Counted from the first letter of the stretch, positions 29,206-39,210 are shown. The stretch: 64,000 nucleotides of DNA from an uncultured Candidatus Saccharibacteria bacterium (GCA_964520495.1 CAZFMZ010000001.1:216734-280733), one strand, 5' to 3'. Numbers and translations are program-made. Notes: generated by a model not told the origin, from the letters alone.

Positions 29206-29234
29206 ATTGTAATCCTTCTGTCAGTTCCGCACAA
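29206..29234 (-). promoter_or_regulatory. Promoter TTGTGC-17-TACAAT, leaderless start at 29199
   Basis: The hexamers and spacing were read on the minus strand. Confidence 0.4.
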
Positions 29235-29253
29235 GCATGCTGCGGGCATGCCC

Positions 29254-29946
29254 CTATGCCACCGATGGTAAGGTGAAGAACCGTGTCTGCTGGCGCCGGC
29301 CGTTCGTGAAACCCTGCACCCGGGCGATTGCTCGCAGTGCCTGGCGAGCCGTACTGATTTCCATCGCCGCCAATCCTTCCCGCTCCGGCATCAGCCCTAA
29401 ATGACCATCTTCCATCAGTTCCAGTTTTTGCTGAAAATTTGAAAATCGGTAACGTTCACGCTCCTCTTCCGGCATGTTGATATCGCTGAGACTTTTCAGG
29501 CTGACCGTATCATACAGCCGGTCGACCTGCCACTTTTCCCGCACCCATTGCTCCATCACGTCGCTATCGGGAATTGCGGGCGGTTCGGTCACGGTATGGA
29601 TATAGTTGTGCAGCTGGCGCGGTAGCCTGATCTTCAGCGCTGCTGTGCCACGGTATTGGCCGCCCAGGACTGAATCAGTCTCCTTATTGATCCGCTTATA
29701 CTCTGCCTCCGGCCAGGCGACATGATGCACGTCGTAATGACCGGTCCAGATGTGTTTGGTGGCGAGGGAGGCCAACACGTCGCGAATCAGTTCGCGAGGG
29801 AGCGGGATGCCGTGCTCGGAGACCGGAACCGGTATTTTTTCGAGGACAACCAGTTGCCCGTCCCGGCGATCGAGTAGCTCGCTCAATCCTACCAGCGGCG
29901 CAAGGGACTGCTCGCCACGACGCGTGGAGAGTCCCTCGTATGCCAT
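29254..29946 (-). CDS. 230-aa orphan protein with a weak His-Me/HNH-like motif
   Basis: GHYDVHHVAWPEAEY and, about 35 aa later, LPRQLHNYIH resemble an HH..N..H arrangement. There are no Cys ligands. The assignment is tentative. Confidence 0.55.
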   Translation of the reverse strand: MAYEGLSTRRGEQSLAPLVGLSELLDRRDGQLVVLEKIPVPVSEHGIPLPRELIRDVLASLATKHIWTGHYDVHHVAWPEAEYKRINKETDSVLGGQYRGTAALKIRLPRQLHNYIHTVTEPPAIPDSDVMEQWVREKWQVDRLYDTVSLKSLSDINMPEEERERYRFSNFQQKLELMEDGHLGLMPEREGLAAMEISTARQALRAIARVQGFTNGRRQQTRFFTLPSVA

Positions 29947-30037
29947 CTCAGTCCCCTAGCCCCGTGTGTGTTTGTCGCCCCATTTGCTGAGCAGTGTACC
30001 AAATACATAAGCGGCATGTAAAGTATTTTTTCAAACC

Positions 30038-30065
30038 AAAACCACCCGCTACTTCTGCGGGTGGT
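30038..30065 (-). terminator. Intrinsic terminator after rpsG
   Basis: The stem accacccgc/gcgggtggt is followed by TTTTGGTTTG on the minus strand. Confidence 0.7.
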
Positions 30066-30087
30066 CGTGGAGCCGTGCGGTGACTGA

Positions 30088-30567
30088 TTAACCGCGGGCG
30101 AAGTGGGCGAAGGCACGGTTGGCTTCGGCCATCTTGTGTGTGTCTTCCTTCTTCTTGAAGGCAGCGCCGGCCTCGTTGTAGGCATCAACGATTTCAGCTG
30201 CCAGACGACGTTCATACGGCATACCGCTGCGGGCACGGGCGCTCTGGACCAGCCAGCTGTACGCGAAGTGCAACTGACGGTGACCCTGAATCGGGAATGG
30301 AATCTGGTAGTTCGCGCCACCGACACGGCGACTCTTTACTTCGAAGCTAGGGCTGATGTTCTTCAGCGCCTTCTCAAAGACTTCCAGTGGGTCTTCCGAC
30401 TCGACTTTCTTCGCGGCCTGCTCTAAGGCAGCATAGACGGCTCGTTCGGCGGTCTGTTTCTTGCCGTCCAACATACTCTTGTTGATCAGACGCTGGACCA
30501 GGATGCTCTGGTATTTGCGATCCGGGTTCAGCTCACGCTGCAGTTTGCGGGTAACTTTACGAGGCAT
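30088..30567 (-). CDS. rpsG: 30S ribosomal protein S7
   Basis: The N-terminus is [29 protein letters not shown]. Confidence 0.97.
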   Translation of the reverse strand: MPRKVTRKLQRELNPDRKYQSILVQRLINKSMLDGKKQTAERAVYAALEQAAKKVESEDPLEVFEKALKNISPSFEVKSRRVGGANYQIPFPIQGHRQLHFAYSWLVQSARARSGMPYERRLAAEIVDAYNEAGAAFKKKEDTHKMAEANRAFAHFARG

Positions 30568-30980
30568 TACTTGGTCTCCTTCTTGGTACCGTACTTGGAG
30601 CGGCCCTGAGCACGCTTCTGTACGCCCTGAAGGTCAAGTGCACCGCGTACGATGTGGTAACGGACACCCGGTAGGTCAGGTACACGACCGCCACGGACCA
30701 GCACGACGGCGTGCTCCTGCAGGTTGTGGCCTTCACCACCGATGTAGGCCCAGACTTCCTGCTTGTTAGTCAGGCGGACACGGGCGACCTTACGTAGCGC
30801 CGAGTTCGGCTTCTTCGGGGTCTTGGTGGTTACCTTGACGCAGACACCGCGCATCAGCGGGGCGTTCTGCTGGTAGTAACGCGTCTTGAGCGCGTTGTGG
30901 ATGGTGCCGAGCGCAGGGCTCTTCGACTTCTTGCCGGCCGTCTTGCGGGGCTTGCGCACCAATTGGTTGATGGTTGGCAT
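30567..30980 (-). CDS. rpsL: 30S ribosomal protein S12
   Basis: The protein contains [13 protein letters not shown] and [16 protein letters not shown]. Confidence 0.97.
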   Translation of the reverse strand: MPTINQLVRKPRKTAGKKSKSPALGTIHNALKTRYYQQNAPLMRGVCVKVTTKTPKKPNSALRKVARVRLTNKQEVWAYIGGEGHNLQEHAVVLVRGGRVPDLPGVRYHIVRGALDLQGVQKRAQGRSKYGTKKETK

Positions 30981-31012
30981 AGAAAATGCAACTCCCTTGA
31001 TTAACTGATTGA

Positions 31013-31018
31013 ATTATA
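31013..31018 (-). promoter_or_regulatory. TATAAT -10 box proximal to rpsL (a second extended -10, TGcTATAGT, lies near 31121..31129)
   Basis: Both were read on the minus strand, upstream of the SD sequence AAGGGAG. The -35 elements are weak. Confidence 0.35.
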
Positions 31019-31159
31019 CGGGCTCGGATCAGCATTCCTCGCGCCGTGTCTTTGCCTTTCCGCGTCTGCCATGGTCGTACACGTGACCGAGGTAGCTGGA
31101 AAGAGGAAACTCTAGCTATGACTATAGCATTTTGCCACTGGTATGTCCAGATATGAAAC

Positions 31160-31210
31160 CGAGCCCGCATCCGATGAAGGAGCAGACTCGACTTCATGGT
31201 TGCGGGCTCG
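31160..31210 (-). terminator. Two-tier hairpin after the small gene pair
   Basis: The outer 10-bp stem cgagcccgca/tgcgggctcg encloses the inner stem atgaag/cttcat. It begins 7 nt after the stop codon. Confidence 0.4.
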
Positions 31211-31216
31211 TTGCTG

Positions 31217-31363
31217 TCAGCCGCCCTGACGGCGGAGAAGCCAGAGCTTCGCGTGGTTGTAGGCGTACGCCAGGTGACGCAGCACGGGAGTCCGCTGGAG
31301 GCGGACTCGGAACGAACGGTTCAGCTTGTCGACCTCGCGGTCGAACTCCTTATCCGTCATCAT
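31217..31363 (-). CDS. 48-aa basic small ORF, coupled (ATGA overlap) to the upstream ORF
   Basis: My translation is MMTDKEFDREVDKLNRSFRVRLQRTPVLRHLAYAYNHAKLWLLRRQGG. It is below the track's size cutoff, and third codon positions are G/C-rich. Confidence 0.4.
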   Translation of the reverse strand: MMTDKEFDREVDKLNRSFRVRLQRTPVLRHLAYAYNHAKLWLLRRQGG

Positions 31364-31623
31364 GAGGCAATTCCTTTCACGAAATTGATATCACTGAAGG
31401 CGCGGACGATGACGTCCTTGACTTCACTGGCCGTGGCATGGTCGCTGAGCGTGAACCAGACGGTCATCAGACCGTTCGTCCACGTCAGATGTGCTCGCTG
31501 GCAGAACCAGTTGACTCCCCCGCTGTTGAGACGGGTCAGTCGACGGCGCACCTCCTCGTACTGGTCGCTGTTGACACCTCCGTAGGAAAGGAGGCCAGCC
31601 TGTTCTGAAATGAGCTCCGGCAT
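31360..31623 (-). CDS. 87-aa hypothetical protein
   Basis: The protein begins MPELISEQAGLLSYGG, after the SD sequence AAAGGA. The longer ORF (to 31704) would contain its own promoter. Confidence 0.5.
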   Translation of the reverse strand: MPELISEQAGLLSYGGVNSDQYEEVRRRLTRLNSGGVNWFCQRAHLTWTNGLMTVWFTLSDHATASEVKDVIVRAFSDINFVKGIAS

Positions 31624-31675
31624 GGGCACGTCCTTTCCGTCGATAACAGAAGTATGTCCATCCTGACAACTTATT

Positions 31676-31704
31676 ATTATAGCACATATTGTAAGAATTG
31701 TCAC
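31676..31704 (-). promoter_or_regulatory. Promoter GTGACA-17-(TGc)TATAAT
   Basis: This extended -10 consensus lies directly after the rpoC terminator. Confidence 0.55.
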
Positions 31705-31713
31705 TACCTACGC

Positions 31714-31738
31714 AAAGCCCCCGCATTGCTGCGGGGGC
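31714..31738 (-). terminator. Intrinsic terminator after rpoC
   Basis: The 9-bp GC stem gcccccgca/tgcgggggc has loop ttgc. Confidence 0.6.
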
Positions 31739-31759
31739 GGAGACGGCGAGGTATCGTCC

Positions 31760-34700
31760 CTAGGCGTCAAATGCGTCATCATCGACAAGGACTTCGTCTT
31801 GAAGTTCCTTGGCGCCGGTTCCGACCGGAATCTTGCGACCGATGATCACATTTTCTTTCAAGCCGTTCAGATGGTCGGCTCGACCACTGGTGGCGGCATT
31901 GATGAGCACGCGGGTCGTGTCCTGGAACGAGGCGGCTGAGAGCCAACTGTCGCTCCAGATACTGACCTTGGTAATACCAAGCAGCAACTGGGTGTACTGG
32001 ACCAACTCCTTGCCTTCACGCGCCAGTGTCTCATTGGCTTCAACAACAGCGGCCTTTGACACGATGTCACCGGTGACGAAGCTGGAATCACCCGGATCCT
32101 CGACCTGTACCCGTGAGAACATCTGACGGACGATGATCTCCAGGTGCTTGTCGGCTACATCTTGACCCTGTGCGGCGTAGATACGCAGCACTTCGTTGAT
32201 GATGTAGCGTTGGGTAGCTTCGGTGCCCTTCAGACGCATCAGGTCGTGTAGGTTGAGCGAACCAATCGTCAGGCGGTCACCCGCTTCGACGTTGTCACCA
32301 GCACGAACGACCAGCTGAGTAGTACCTGGCACCTCGTAGCGGACCGGCGCGCCAGCATTGGCTGCCAGCACGAGAGTGTCTTCGGCAATCTCTACCACGC
32401 CGTCGAATGGTGCGACCAGTGGCTTAGCTTCGCCCTCGGCGGTCGCCAGGACGTCGCCGACCTTGACGTTACTACCGGCCTTGACGTTGATGGTACGGCC
32501 TTCAAGCGCGATACGCTCAACGTGTCCGGCTTCCGGTGTCACCTGGACGACGTAGTGCTTACCATCTTCCCAGACATCGACCAGACCAGTGACTTCCGTC
32601 ACATACGCCTGACCCTTCGGGCTGCGGGCTTCGAACAGCTCTTCGACACGCGGCAGACCCTGAGTGATGTCGCCACCTGCCACACCGGAGGCGTGGAAGG
32701 TACGGAGCGTCAGCTGGGTACCAGGCTCACCGACCGACTGGGCGGCAATAACGCCGACCGGCTGGCTGCGGGCAACCAAGCTACCGGTGGCCATGTCGAT
32801 ACCGTAACTTTTCTGTGGAATACCACGCAGGTTCTTCGTCGAAAGCACACTCATGATACGGACAGCGTCAATTGACTGATCAGCCTCGATCGCGTTCGCA
32901 ATCGCACGGGTAATCAGCTCACCCTTCTTGACATGTCCAGCCACGTCCTCGGCGGCGAAGCGGCCGTACAGACGGTTGGCGAACTCGATCATGGTCATCT
33001 CGGTCTCACTGCGGTAGATGGCGAAACCTTCGTCATCTCCCGATTCATCCTCAACCGTAAATACGTCTTGTGAGACATCGACCAGACGACGGGTCAGGTA
33101 ACCTGAGTCGGCGGTCTTCAGGGCGGTGTCAATCAGACCCTTACGGGCACCACGGGTGGCAATGAAGGCCTCCAGGCTACTCAGTCCGTCGCGGAAGTTG
33201 CTGCGGATTGGCAGCTCGATCTCGCGGTTTGACGCGTCGACCTGGATACCGACCATTGCGCTGGCCAGCTTGACGTTCGAAATGTCACCACGGGCACCAC
33301 TGTTGACCATGACGGAGATGCTGGTGTCCATCACCGATAGCTTGCTCTTCAGGAAGTCGGTGACCTGACTGTCGACACCACGCCAGGCGTTGACCGTGAG
33401 GTTGTAACGCTCCTCCTCGGTAATCAGCCCCTGGTCGTACTGGTCGGAAATGAGCGCCGTCTTGGCGTCACCTTCGGCCACGAACTCAGAGATCTCGTCG
33501 AAGTGGAGGTAGTCATCCTTACCAGTTGAAACAGCAGCGACGGTCGCGTAGCGGAATCCAAGTCCCTTGATGCGGTCGGCCGTAAGAGCGGTCGTCTCAG
33601 CGCCGTAGCGCTCGAAGATTGCACCGAAGACTTTCTTGATCTGCTTCTTCGTCTGAATGTTGTTATCGTACGGATAGTCTGCCGGCAGCAGTTCGTTGAA
33701 GAAGACTCGTCCGAGCGTCGTGTCCCTAATTTCGCCCTTGGCGAAAATACGGATAGGACTTTGCAGTTCGAGCTTGCCATCGTCGTACGCCATCTCAGCC
33801 TCGTAAACCGAGCTGTACGCCTTGACCTCTTTGGTCTGGGCGGCCGGCTTTTCGTACGTCAGGTAGTAGTTACCGAGCACGATGTCCTGACCGATGTTGA
33901 TGACCGGTGCACCATCAGCCGGCTTCAGCAGGTTGTTCGTGGCGCTCATCAACTCGCGGGCCTCGCGCTGGGCTTCGTCGGACAGCGGCAGGTGAACCGC
34001 CATCTGGTCACCGTCGTAGTCAGCGTTGAATCCGGTTGCGACCAATGGGTGGAGCTGGATAGCCTTGCCTTCGACCAGTTTCGGCATGAATGACTGGATG
34101 CTCAGACGGTGCAGTGATGGCGCACGGTTAAGGAGGACGTACTTACCTTCGATGACGGCATCGAGGGCGTCCCATACCAGTGCGTCACCGGCTTCGATCA
34201 GCCGGGTGGCTGAACGGATGTTGTGGGCGTGTTCACCGCGGATCAGCCAGCTGATGACGAACGGCTTGAACAGTTCAAGTGCCATCTGCTTCGGCAGACC
34301 ACACTGGTTAATCTTCAGCTTCGGACCGACCACGATGACGGAACGACCCGAGTAGTCGACTCGCTTACCAAGCAAGTTCTGACGGAAACGTCCTTGCTTA
34401 CCCTTCAGCATGTCGCTGATTGACTTCAAGCGGCGACGGCCACCAGTCGCGTTGACGGCGCGGCCCCCGCGGGCAGCCGAGTTATCGATCAGGGCGTCGA
34501 CCGCTTCCTGCAACATACGCATCTCGTTGCGACGGATGACTTCCGGTGCATTCAGGTCGACCAGCTTCTTCAGTCGGTTGTTTCGGTTGATGACGCGGCG
34601 GTACAGGTCGTTCAGGTCGCTCGTGGCGAAACGGCCACCGGTCAGTTGGACCATCGGACGAAGGTCCGGTGGGATGACAGGTAGAACGGTGGTGCACAGG

Positions 34701-35575
34701 CTGCTCGGCTTAATACCTGCGGCGTGCATGCCCTCTAGGACCTTGAGGCGCTTGAGCAGTTTCTTCTCGCGCTGCCCCTTGGCAGATTCGACCTCTTCAG
34801 ACAGCTGCGCAATCAACATTGGCAGGTCAATCTCGTCGAGCAGGGCCTTCAGGGCGGTACCACCCATGCCGACGTCGACCAGTTCTTCGTATTCTTCCGG
34901 CAGGTTGCGGAAATCAGTTTCCGAAATCAGCGCACCGTGGACCAGGCTTTCCAGCTGGCTTTTCTTCAGTTGGTAGCGTTCTTCAAGCTCTTCCGTTTCA
35001 CGGGTCTGAGCTTCAGCCAGTGCCTTGACGTCAGCGTCGTCGGCTTCAGCTTCCTTCTCGTAGCGGATCTTAATGGCCGCACGGGCCGCTTCGGTCTCGG
35101 CTTCGAGGTCAGCCAGCATCTGCTCACGCTTCGCTTCGTCACTCTTCAGGATGACGTAGGTTGCGAAGTAGGCGATACGTTCAAGGTTGCGGACGGTCAG
35201 ACCGAGTAGCAGACTCATCGCTGACGGCGTACCGCGCATGAACCAGATATGGGCAACCGGCGCCGCCAGCTGAATGTGCCCCATGCGTTCACGACGAACG
35301 ATTGACTTGGTCACCAGCTCGCCGTTCTTGTCGACGGCGGCCTCGCGTGATCGGACACCCTTGAGCTTCGAGTCGTGCGGGTTGATGTCCTTGACCGGTC
35401 CGAAGATCCGCTCACAGAACAGGCCGTCACGCTCAGGCTTCTGGGTTCGGTAGTTGATGGTCTCCGGCTTGGTTACCTCACCGTGACTCCATTTCAGGAT
35501 GTCTTCCGGACTGGCGACGGCAAGACGGACGGCATCGAAATCAGCGATGCCGGTGGTTGTGATGACACGCGACAT
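31760..35575 (-). CDS. rpoC: DNA-directed RNA polymerase beta' subunit
   Basis: This is a 1271-aa protein with the NADYDGD catalytic loop. Confidence 0.98.
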   Translation of the reverse strand: MSRVITTTGIADFDAVRLAVASPEDILKWSHGEVTKPETINYRTQKPERDGLFCERIFGPVKDINPHDSKLKGVRSREAAVDKNGELVTKSIVRRERMGHIQLAAPVAHIWFMRGTPSAMSLLLGLTVRNLERIAYFATYVILKSDEAKREQMLADLEAETEAARAAIKIRYEKEAEADDADVKALAEAQTRETEELEERYQLKKSQLESLVHGALISETDFRNLPEEYEELVDVGMGGTALKALLDEIDLPMLIAQLSEEVESAKGQREKKLLKRLKVLEGMHAAGIKPSSLCTTVLPVIPPDLRPMVQLTGGRFATSDLNDLYRRVINRNNRLKKLVDLNAPEVIRRNEMRMLQEAVDALIDNSAARGGRAVNATGGRRRLKSISDMLKGKQGRFRQNLLGKRVDYSGRSVIVVGPKLKINQCGLPKQMALELFKPFVISWLIRGEHAHNIRSATRLIEAGDALVWDALDAVIEGKYVLLNRAPSLHRLSIQSFMPKLVEGKAIQLHPLVATGFNADYDGDQMAVHLPLSDEAQREARELMSATNNLLKPADGAPVINIGQDIVLGNYYLTYEKPAAQTKEVKAYSSVYEAEMAYDDGKLELQSPIRIFAKGEIRDTTLGRVFFNELLPADYPYDNNIQTKKQIKKVFGAIFERYGAETTALTADRIKGLGFRYATVAAVSTGKDDYLHFDEISEFVAEGDAKTALISDQYDQGLITEEERYNLTVNAWRGVDSQVTDFLKSKLSVMDTSISVMVNSGARGDISNVKLASAMVGIQVDASNREIELPIRSNFRDGLSSLEAFIATRGARKGLIDTALKTADSGYLTRRLVDVSQDVFTVEDESGDDEGFAIYRSETEMTMIEFANRLYGRFAAEDVAGHVKKGELITRAIANAIEADQSIDAVRIMSVLSTKNLRGIPQKSYGIDMATGSLVARSQPVGVIAAQSVGEPGTQLTLRTFHASGVAGGDITQGLPRVEELFEARSPKGQAYVTEVTGLVDVWEDGKHYVVQVTPEAGHVERIALEGRTINVKAGSNVKVGDVLATAEGEAKPLVAPFDGVVEIAEDTLVLAANAGAPVRYEVPGTTQLVVRAGDNVEAGDRLTIGSLNLHDLMRLKGTEATQRYIINEVLRIYAAQGQDVADKHLEIIVRQMFSRVQVEDPGDSSFVTGDIVSKAAVVEANETLAREGKELVQYTQLLLGITKVSIWSDSWLSAASFQDTTRVLINAATSGRADHLNGLKENVIIGRKIPVGTGAKELQDEVLVDDDAFDA

Positions 35576-38500
35576 TATCGGGCCTCCTCTTTCTGTTCTT
35601 CGTCGTTAAATTCCTCAGCGGTTTCAATCGTCAGCTCATCCTCGACCAGGTCGATGTCGTCGGCTTCATCCATGACAGTTTCTTCACTGTCACTCACGAC
35701 GATGCTGGGCTCAGCCGGGACGGTCTTATCATATGGTCCGGCTTCGGCGATGACCTCTTCGGCATCGACAATATCGGTCCCTTCGTCACTTTCATCAAGC
35801 AAGTCGACACGCAGACCGAGTCCCTGAAGTTCCTTCACTAAGACGTTGAAGCTTTCCGGCAGTTTCGGGCCGACAATCTGCTCGTTCTTGATGATGGCCT
35901 CATACGCTTTGGCGCGGCCGTAAACGTCGTCAGATTTGATGGTAAGCATTTCCTGCAACGTGGTGGCAGCGCCATACGCTTCCAGGGCCCACACCTCCAT
36001 CTCACCGAACCTTTGACCACCATTCTGCGCCTTACCACCGAGTGGCTGCTGGGTCACCATGGTGTACGGTCCAATCGAACGGGCGTGAATCTTGTCACTG
36101 ACCATGTGGTGCAACTTGATGATGTGCATGACACCGACCGTGGTGCGCTCTTCGAACGCTTCACCGGTACGGCCGTCGAATAGCTGGCTCTTGCCGTCAG
36201 GCGCGTAGCCGGCTTTCTCAAGTTCTGACGAAATGACGTCGTTCGGCACCCCGTTGAACGGAGGTGTCGCGACTTTGTAGCCGAGCGCGCGGGCGGCCAT
36301 ACCTAGGTGGGTTTCGAACAGCTGTCCGATGTTCATACGGCTCGGTACACCGAGGGGGTTCAGTACGACGTCGACCGGCGTACCGTCTTCCATGAATGGC
36401 ATGTCCTCGACAGGCAGGATGCGGGCGACCACACCCTTGTTACCATGTCGACCGGCCAGCTTGTCACCGACCGAGATTTTGCGCAGCTGCGCGACATAGA
36501 TCTGAATCTGCATCAGGACACCGGCTTTCAGTTCATGGCCGTTCTCTCGAGAGAAAATCTTGACCCCGACAACCTTACCACCACCGGCATTATTCATGCG
36601 CTGCGAGGTGTCACGGACGTCCTTCGCTTTCTCGCCGAAGATGGCCCGGAGCAGACGCTCCTCTGAACTCAGCTCCTGCTCGCCCTTCGGCGTAATCTTA
36701 CCGACCAGCACGTCACCGGCCTTGACTTCGCTCCCGACTTGCACGATACCGCTTTCGTCGAGATGACGCAGGGATTCTTCGCTCACGTTCGGGATGTCAC
36801 GGGTGACGATTTCCGGGCCCAGCTTGGTTTCACGGACCTCAACGTTGTAGTCCTTGATGTTAATACTCGTGAGGCTGTCGTCTTGGACCAGCTTGTTTGA
36901 AAGCACGATGGCGTCGTCCATGTTGTAGCCACCCCATGGCATGAAGGCGACAGTCAAGTCACGGCCAAGCGCCAGCTCTCCGTCGGCGACGGAAGCGCCC
37001 TCGATCAGGATGTCACCGGCCTTGACCTTCTGGCCGCGGATGACACGAACTTTCTGGTTGATGGAGCGGTCGTCATTGCTTTTGGCGAAGTGAATCGGTT
37101 CGTAGACTTTGACGCCGTCCTTGTACTTGACATGGACTTCGTCGCCGTCAGCGCGCACGACTTCACCGGTACCTTCGGCCAGGACTAGCTGCGATGTGTT
37201 TTTGGCAATCTCAGCTTCGATACCGGTACCGACGGTCGGTGCTTCCGGTGTCAGGAGCGGGACGGCCTGCTTCTGCATGTTCGAGCCGGTTAGGGAGCGG
37301 TCGATACGGTTCTTCTCAATGAACGGCACGAGGCTAGCGGTCGAACCGAGGATCTGCTTGTTAGCAGCATCCATGTAGGTGACCTCACTGGCGTCGACCT
37401 GCTCAGGCAGCAATCCGTTACGAGCGCTGACGCGTTCAGCCACGAAACGGCCCTTATCGTCGAGCTTAGCTCCGGCGTCAGCGATCACCTCGGTGACTTC
37501 CTGTGAAGCGTCGAGATACACTACTTCGTCGCTTACCTTACCGTCCTTGACTTTCAGGTACGGCGTCTCGATGAAGCCGTATTCGTTGACACGCGCATAG
37601 GCGGCCAGGTTCAGTACCAGTCCGATGTTGGCGCCTTCCGGCGTCTCAACGCTACACAGACGACCGTAGTGGGTCGGGTGGGCGTCACGGACATCGAAGC
37701 CGGCACGCTCGCGGGAAAGACCACCAGGTCCCATCGAACTGAGACGGCGCTTATGTGAGAGTTCAGACAACGGGTTGACCTCGTCCATCAACTGACTCAG
37801 CTGACTGGAAGCGAAGAATTCACGCACCGCCGCTACCACGGGGCGGGCGTTGATAAGCTGGCTTGGCGATACTGTCTCGAGATCGCTCATCGACATGCGG
37901 TCCATAGCGTTGCGTTGCATACGCAGCATACCGACGCGGAACTGGCGGGCGACCAGTTCACCGACCAACTTGACGCGGCGGTTGCTCAAAGCGTCGATGT
38001 CATCAGGTAATTCCTGGGTATTGTTCAGGCGGATGATCTCCTTGATGATGGCGACGAGGTCGTTCATCTGGAAGACACGGTTCTCGGTAGTGTTGGCCAC
38101 TTCAAGGCCGAGACGCTGGTTGAGCTTGTAGCGACCGACACGGCTGTAGTCAAACCGTTTGAAGTCGAAGAACATGCGCTCAATCATCTGTCGGGCGTTA
38201 TCAACCGTTGCCAGATCGCCCGGGCGCAGGCGACGATAGACTTCGATCAATGCTTCGTTGGTACCACGAGCGGCATCCTTTTCCAGAGTCGCATCGATGT
38301 ACTTGGTCTCACCGGTATCGACGTCGGCGAACAGGCTTTTGATTTCCGATGTCTTGGCGTGACCGAGGGCACGCAACAGTGTGGTAACCGGTAGCTTGCG
38401 ACGGCGGTCGATCTTAACTGAAAGCACGCCGTTCGTGGCGGTTTCAAACTCAAGCCAGGCACCACGTCCTGGAATCAGCTTAGCGCCGTAGTAGTTACGA

Positions 38501-38955
38501 CCCGTACTGCCTTCGGCGGTAAAGAAGACACCGGCGGAACGGATTAGCTGAGATACGACGACACGTTCGGTACCATTGATGACGAAGGTACCGCGGTCAG
38601 TCATCCATGGGTAGTCACCCAGGTATATCTCCTGCTCTTTGACCTCGCCGGTCACCTTGTTGGTCAGTTCAACCGTGGCATGGAGCGGGGCGTCGAATGT
38701 CAGGTTGTTCTCTTTGGCGAAGCTTTCCGAGTTCTTTGGTTCTTGGAAGGCGTACTTACCGAAGCGCAGTTCGAGTTTCTGGCCGGTGTAATCTTCGATT
38801 GGGTTGAGCTCCGCGAAAATCTCACTCAGACCAGTTTCAACGAATTCCTGCCAGGAATTCTTCTGGTGAGCCATAAGATTTGGGAGCGGGAGTGCCGTGT
38901 CGTCCTTGGTGAAAAAGACACGACCGGTGTTGGTGGTAGCTGGCTTTGTTGCCAC
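35575..38955 (-). CDS. rpoB: DNA-directed RNA polymerase beta subunit
   Basis: Conserved blocks include GDKLAGRHGNKGV. The ORF extends to a GTG at 39027. The GTG at 38955 lies 8 nt after GAGGAG, and the region upstream of it forms a leader hairpin. Confidence 0.95.
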   Translation of the reverse strand: MATKPATTNTGRVFFTKDDTALPLPNLMAHQKNSWQEFVETGLSEIFAELNPIEDYTGQKLELRFGKYAFQEPKNSESFAKENNLTFDAPLHATVELTNKVTGEVKEQEIYLGDYPWMTDRGTFVINGTERVVVSQLIRSAGVFFTAEGSTGRNYYGAKLIPGRGAWLEFETATNGVLSVKIDRRRKLPVTTLLRALGHAKTSEIKSLFADVDTGETKYIDATLEKDAARGTNEALIEVYRRLRPGDLATVDNARQMIERMFFDFKRFDYSRVGRYKLNQRLGLEVANTTENRVFQMNDLVAIIKEIIRLNNTQELPDDIDALSNRRVKLVGELVARQFRVGMLRMQRNAMDRMSMSDLETVSPSQLINARPVVAAVREFFASSQLSQLMDEVNPLSELSHKRRLSSMGPGGLSRERAGFDVRDAHPTHYGRLCSVETPEGANIGLVLNLAAYARVNEYGFIETPYLKVKDGKVSDEVVYLDASQEVTEVIADAGAKLDDKGRFVAERVSARNGLLPEQVDASEVTYMDAANKQILGSTASLVPFIEKNRIDRSLTGSNMQKQAVPLLTPEAPTVGTGIEAEIAKNTSQLVLAEGTGEVVRADGDEVHVKYKDGVKVYEPIHFAKSNDDRSINQKVRVIRGQKVKAGDILIEGASVADGELALGRDLTVAFMPWGGYNMDDAIVLSNKLVQDDSLTSINIKDYNVEVRETKLGPEIVTRDIPNVSEESLRHLDESGIVQVGSEVKAGDVLVGKITPKGEQELSSEERLLRAIFGEKAKDVRDTSQRMNNAGGGKVVGVKIFSRENGHELKAGVLMQIQIYVAQLRKISVGDKLAGRHGNKGVVARILPVEDMPFMEDGTPVDVVLNPLGVPSRMNIGQLFETHLGMAARALGYKVATPPFNGVPNDVISSELEKAGYAPDGKSQLFDGRTGEAFEERTTVGVMHIIKLHHMVSDKIHARSIGPYTMVTQQPLGGKAQNGGQRFGEMEVWALEAYGAATTLQEMLTIKSDDVYGRAKAYEAIIKNEQIVGPKLPESFNVLVKELQGLGLRVDLLDESDEGTDIVDAEEVIAEAGPYDKTVPAEPSIVVSDSEETVMDEADDIDLVEDELTIETAEEFNDEEQKEEAR

Positions 38956-39024
38956 GTGCTTATCTCCTCGCATGAGATTAATGATTGGTACTGGTCGGCG
39001 CCCGAAGTATCTAAACTGCTCTAA

Positions 39025-39057
39025 CACGCAAAAACGCCTCGCCTAATGGCGTGCGTG
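39025..39057 (-). promoter_or_regulatory. Leader hairpin plus T-run upstream of rpoB (attenuator-like)
   Basis: On the minus strand the sequence is cacgc-acgcc ... ggcgt-TTTT-gcgtg. Confidence 0.35.
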
Positions 39058-39093
39058 TCCTAGCCGCAGCTTATTCAACCTTCATTACCCCTG

Positions 39094-39122
39094 ATTATGA
39101 GGAAGTCCGGGCGAAATGTCAA
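39094..39122 (-). promoter_or_regulatory. rpoB promoter TTGACA-17-CATAAT
   Basis: A consensus -35 and a 5/6 -10 box sit at 17-nt spacing. Confidence 0.5.
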
Positions 39123-39140
39123 TGCCCCGAAAATGAGTAA

Positions 39141-39183
39141 CGGGCGGAACCTGGCGACGAAGTGGGTCGCCAGGTTCCGCCCG
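39141..39183 (-). terminator. Perfect 18-bp GC-rich hairpin terminator
   Basis: The stem cgggcggaacctggcgac/gtcgccaggttccgcccg has a 7-nt loop. TTACTCATTTT follows on the minus strand. Confidence 0.7.
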
Positions 39184-39210
39184 GATGGACATGGGGTCAG
39201 GATGCAGCGT

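Noticed and set aside
30790-31585. ORFs 30790..31197(-), 31132..31365(+), 31196..31585(+) and 31424..31726(-).
   Set aside because: They overlap rpsL or its leader, or lie antisense or out of frame to the better-supported small gene pair. They have no start signals.
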